From Takakia lepidozioides (lineage: Eukaryota > Plantae > Bryophyta): DNA of 64,000 nt. The stretch spans positions 31,620,001 through 31,684,000 of the forward strand of contig CM060733.1 of the NCBI GenBank assembly GCA_030704615.1. The letters are read 5' to 3'. The notes below the pieces were generated by a model. That model made no database searches and was not told the origin of the DNA. It saw only the letters and a list, made by a program, of their open reading frames with translations. Position numbers and translations under genes: made by a program. Positions within the stretch are counted from its first letter, which is position 1, and each line of letters starts with the position of its first letter. Of this stretch, positions 62,900 through 64,000 are shown piece by piece.

Positions 62900-63510
62900 T
62901 ATATTTTATTGAGTTGAGTACAAATTATAGCAGAAAATCTTCAAGAGGTGAAATATAGCAATGACAAAGCTGGAGTAACTATCGGAGGAAGCCGGATGTG
63001 ATAACGGCTTCTTCCTCAAAGAAGATCAACGACATGTTTCAGGAGGATAGGAAAATTCAGACTGTGAACCGGATTCGGATTTTTGAAAACCCATCTCTGG
63101 CGACTAGTTTGTCTGACCATGGGAGGCTTGGCAACGGAATTGTCATTCCGGAGGATGTTGTATCACTGGAGAACCTGCAGAAAGTGACATCCCATCATAG
63201 AGAGGACTAGCCCAATGACAACTCCTTGATTCCGGGGTTGACAGACCATGTGGCATTGGAGTGCATCGCAGAGGAATGCAACTTTTGGGCGGACAGTATT
63301 CTAGAGGTTGTATGGAGGTATGATCTAGAAATCAATGAGTAGTCTTCAGCGCCAAGAATGATTTAGGATCGATGTCTTTGTAAGTTATGCAGGAAAATAT
63401 GCTTATCTTGCTGGAGGATCTCACCAACAGACGACTCTCAGAACAACGCTACAACTCGCTACTTCAAGCATGGGAACCTCTCCCCGATCTCAAAATAGCA
63501 CGGAAAATGG
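62900..63510 (+). pseudogene. F-box/kelch-repeat gene remnant
   Basis: LIPGLTDHVALECIA (63226-63270), VVWRYDLEINE*SSAPRM, RYNSLLQAWEPLPDLKIARKM; internally deleted, with stops. Confidence 0.75.
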
Positions 63511-63519
63511 ATCTAATGG

Positions 63520-63955
63520 GAAAACAAGGATAAATGCTAACCGCTGGATACTGGCTAATCAAGGGTAGCGATCCCACTTCCCAAACGGATGAATAACATG
63601 GATGAGAAGCAACATTCATAAGGACTTAAAACGGACAATGTACCAACTTAAGTTGGTCATGTGCCAAGGTGGAAGATAGATGAAAATTATGGAAGGATGA
63701 AAGTTACAGACAGATGAAATTAGTGGATGGATGAGAGATTACAGGCTGGATGACAAAAAAATAAAATGGATCACAATGACAATGGATGGAGGAAAAACAC
63801 GTGGTTCGATTTGGGTATGTTATAATAATGGACACTCTAGGAAAAATTAATTAAAAACTTTAACTAGGTGTCGGTGCTTAAATGCACCAGTGGTGATTTA
63901 TTTATTTTTTTGAGAAAGGGATGGATGATAGCCGTCAAAACAAGTGACGGATGGA
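63520..63955. repeat. GGATGA-rich tract, possibly the terminus of an element related to 44748-45811
   Basis: Dense GGATGA/GATGAA motifs, the reverse complement of the TTCATCC subrepeats at 44.8 kb. Confidence 0.4.
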
Positions 63956-64000
63956 GGGCGACGGGCTGCTATAAATCAGCCGGCGAACAGGGACAATCCA

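Overview
Eukaryotic, intron-rich land-plant DNA, probably from a seed-free lineage such as a fern, lycophyte or bryophyte (inferred from gene content). The left two-thirds holds three apparently intact genes. These are a 30-exon plastid pullulanase/limit dextrinase with a bacterial-style N-terminal CBM41-like module (+, 4648-21831), a 4-exon rhomboid protease (+, ~24103-26697) and a type I inositol polyphosphate 5-phosphatase (-, 43291-29484). The 7.7-kb intron of the phosphatase holds a near-full-length APE-RT-CCHC LINE plus truncated copies. Two LINE families, one with (CATTT)n tails and one with (TC)n tails, litter the introns and stack into each other's tails. The window starts in a decayed Ty3/gypsy element. 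The right third (~46-64 kb) is a mosaic of decayed pieces: gypsy gag, a CHX exon, a very-large-inducible-GTPase-like fragment, scrambled copia, a PDF-motif PLS-PPR pseudogene and an F-box/kelch pseudogene. The most unusual item is a spliced, now-decayed gene (55492-60380) joining a ParB/Srx-like N-terminal motif to a beta-class N6A/N4C DNA-methyltransferase-like domain. It is flanked and interrupted by about 18 copies of a 24-bp palindrome (GTGATGGTCGGTACCGACCATCAC) and carries an antisense F-box-only ORF. All calls come from manual translation and motif recognition; no searches were run.
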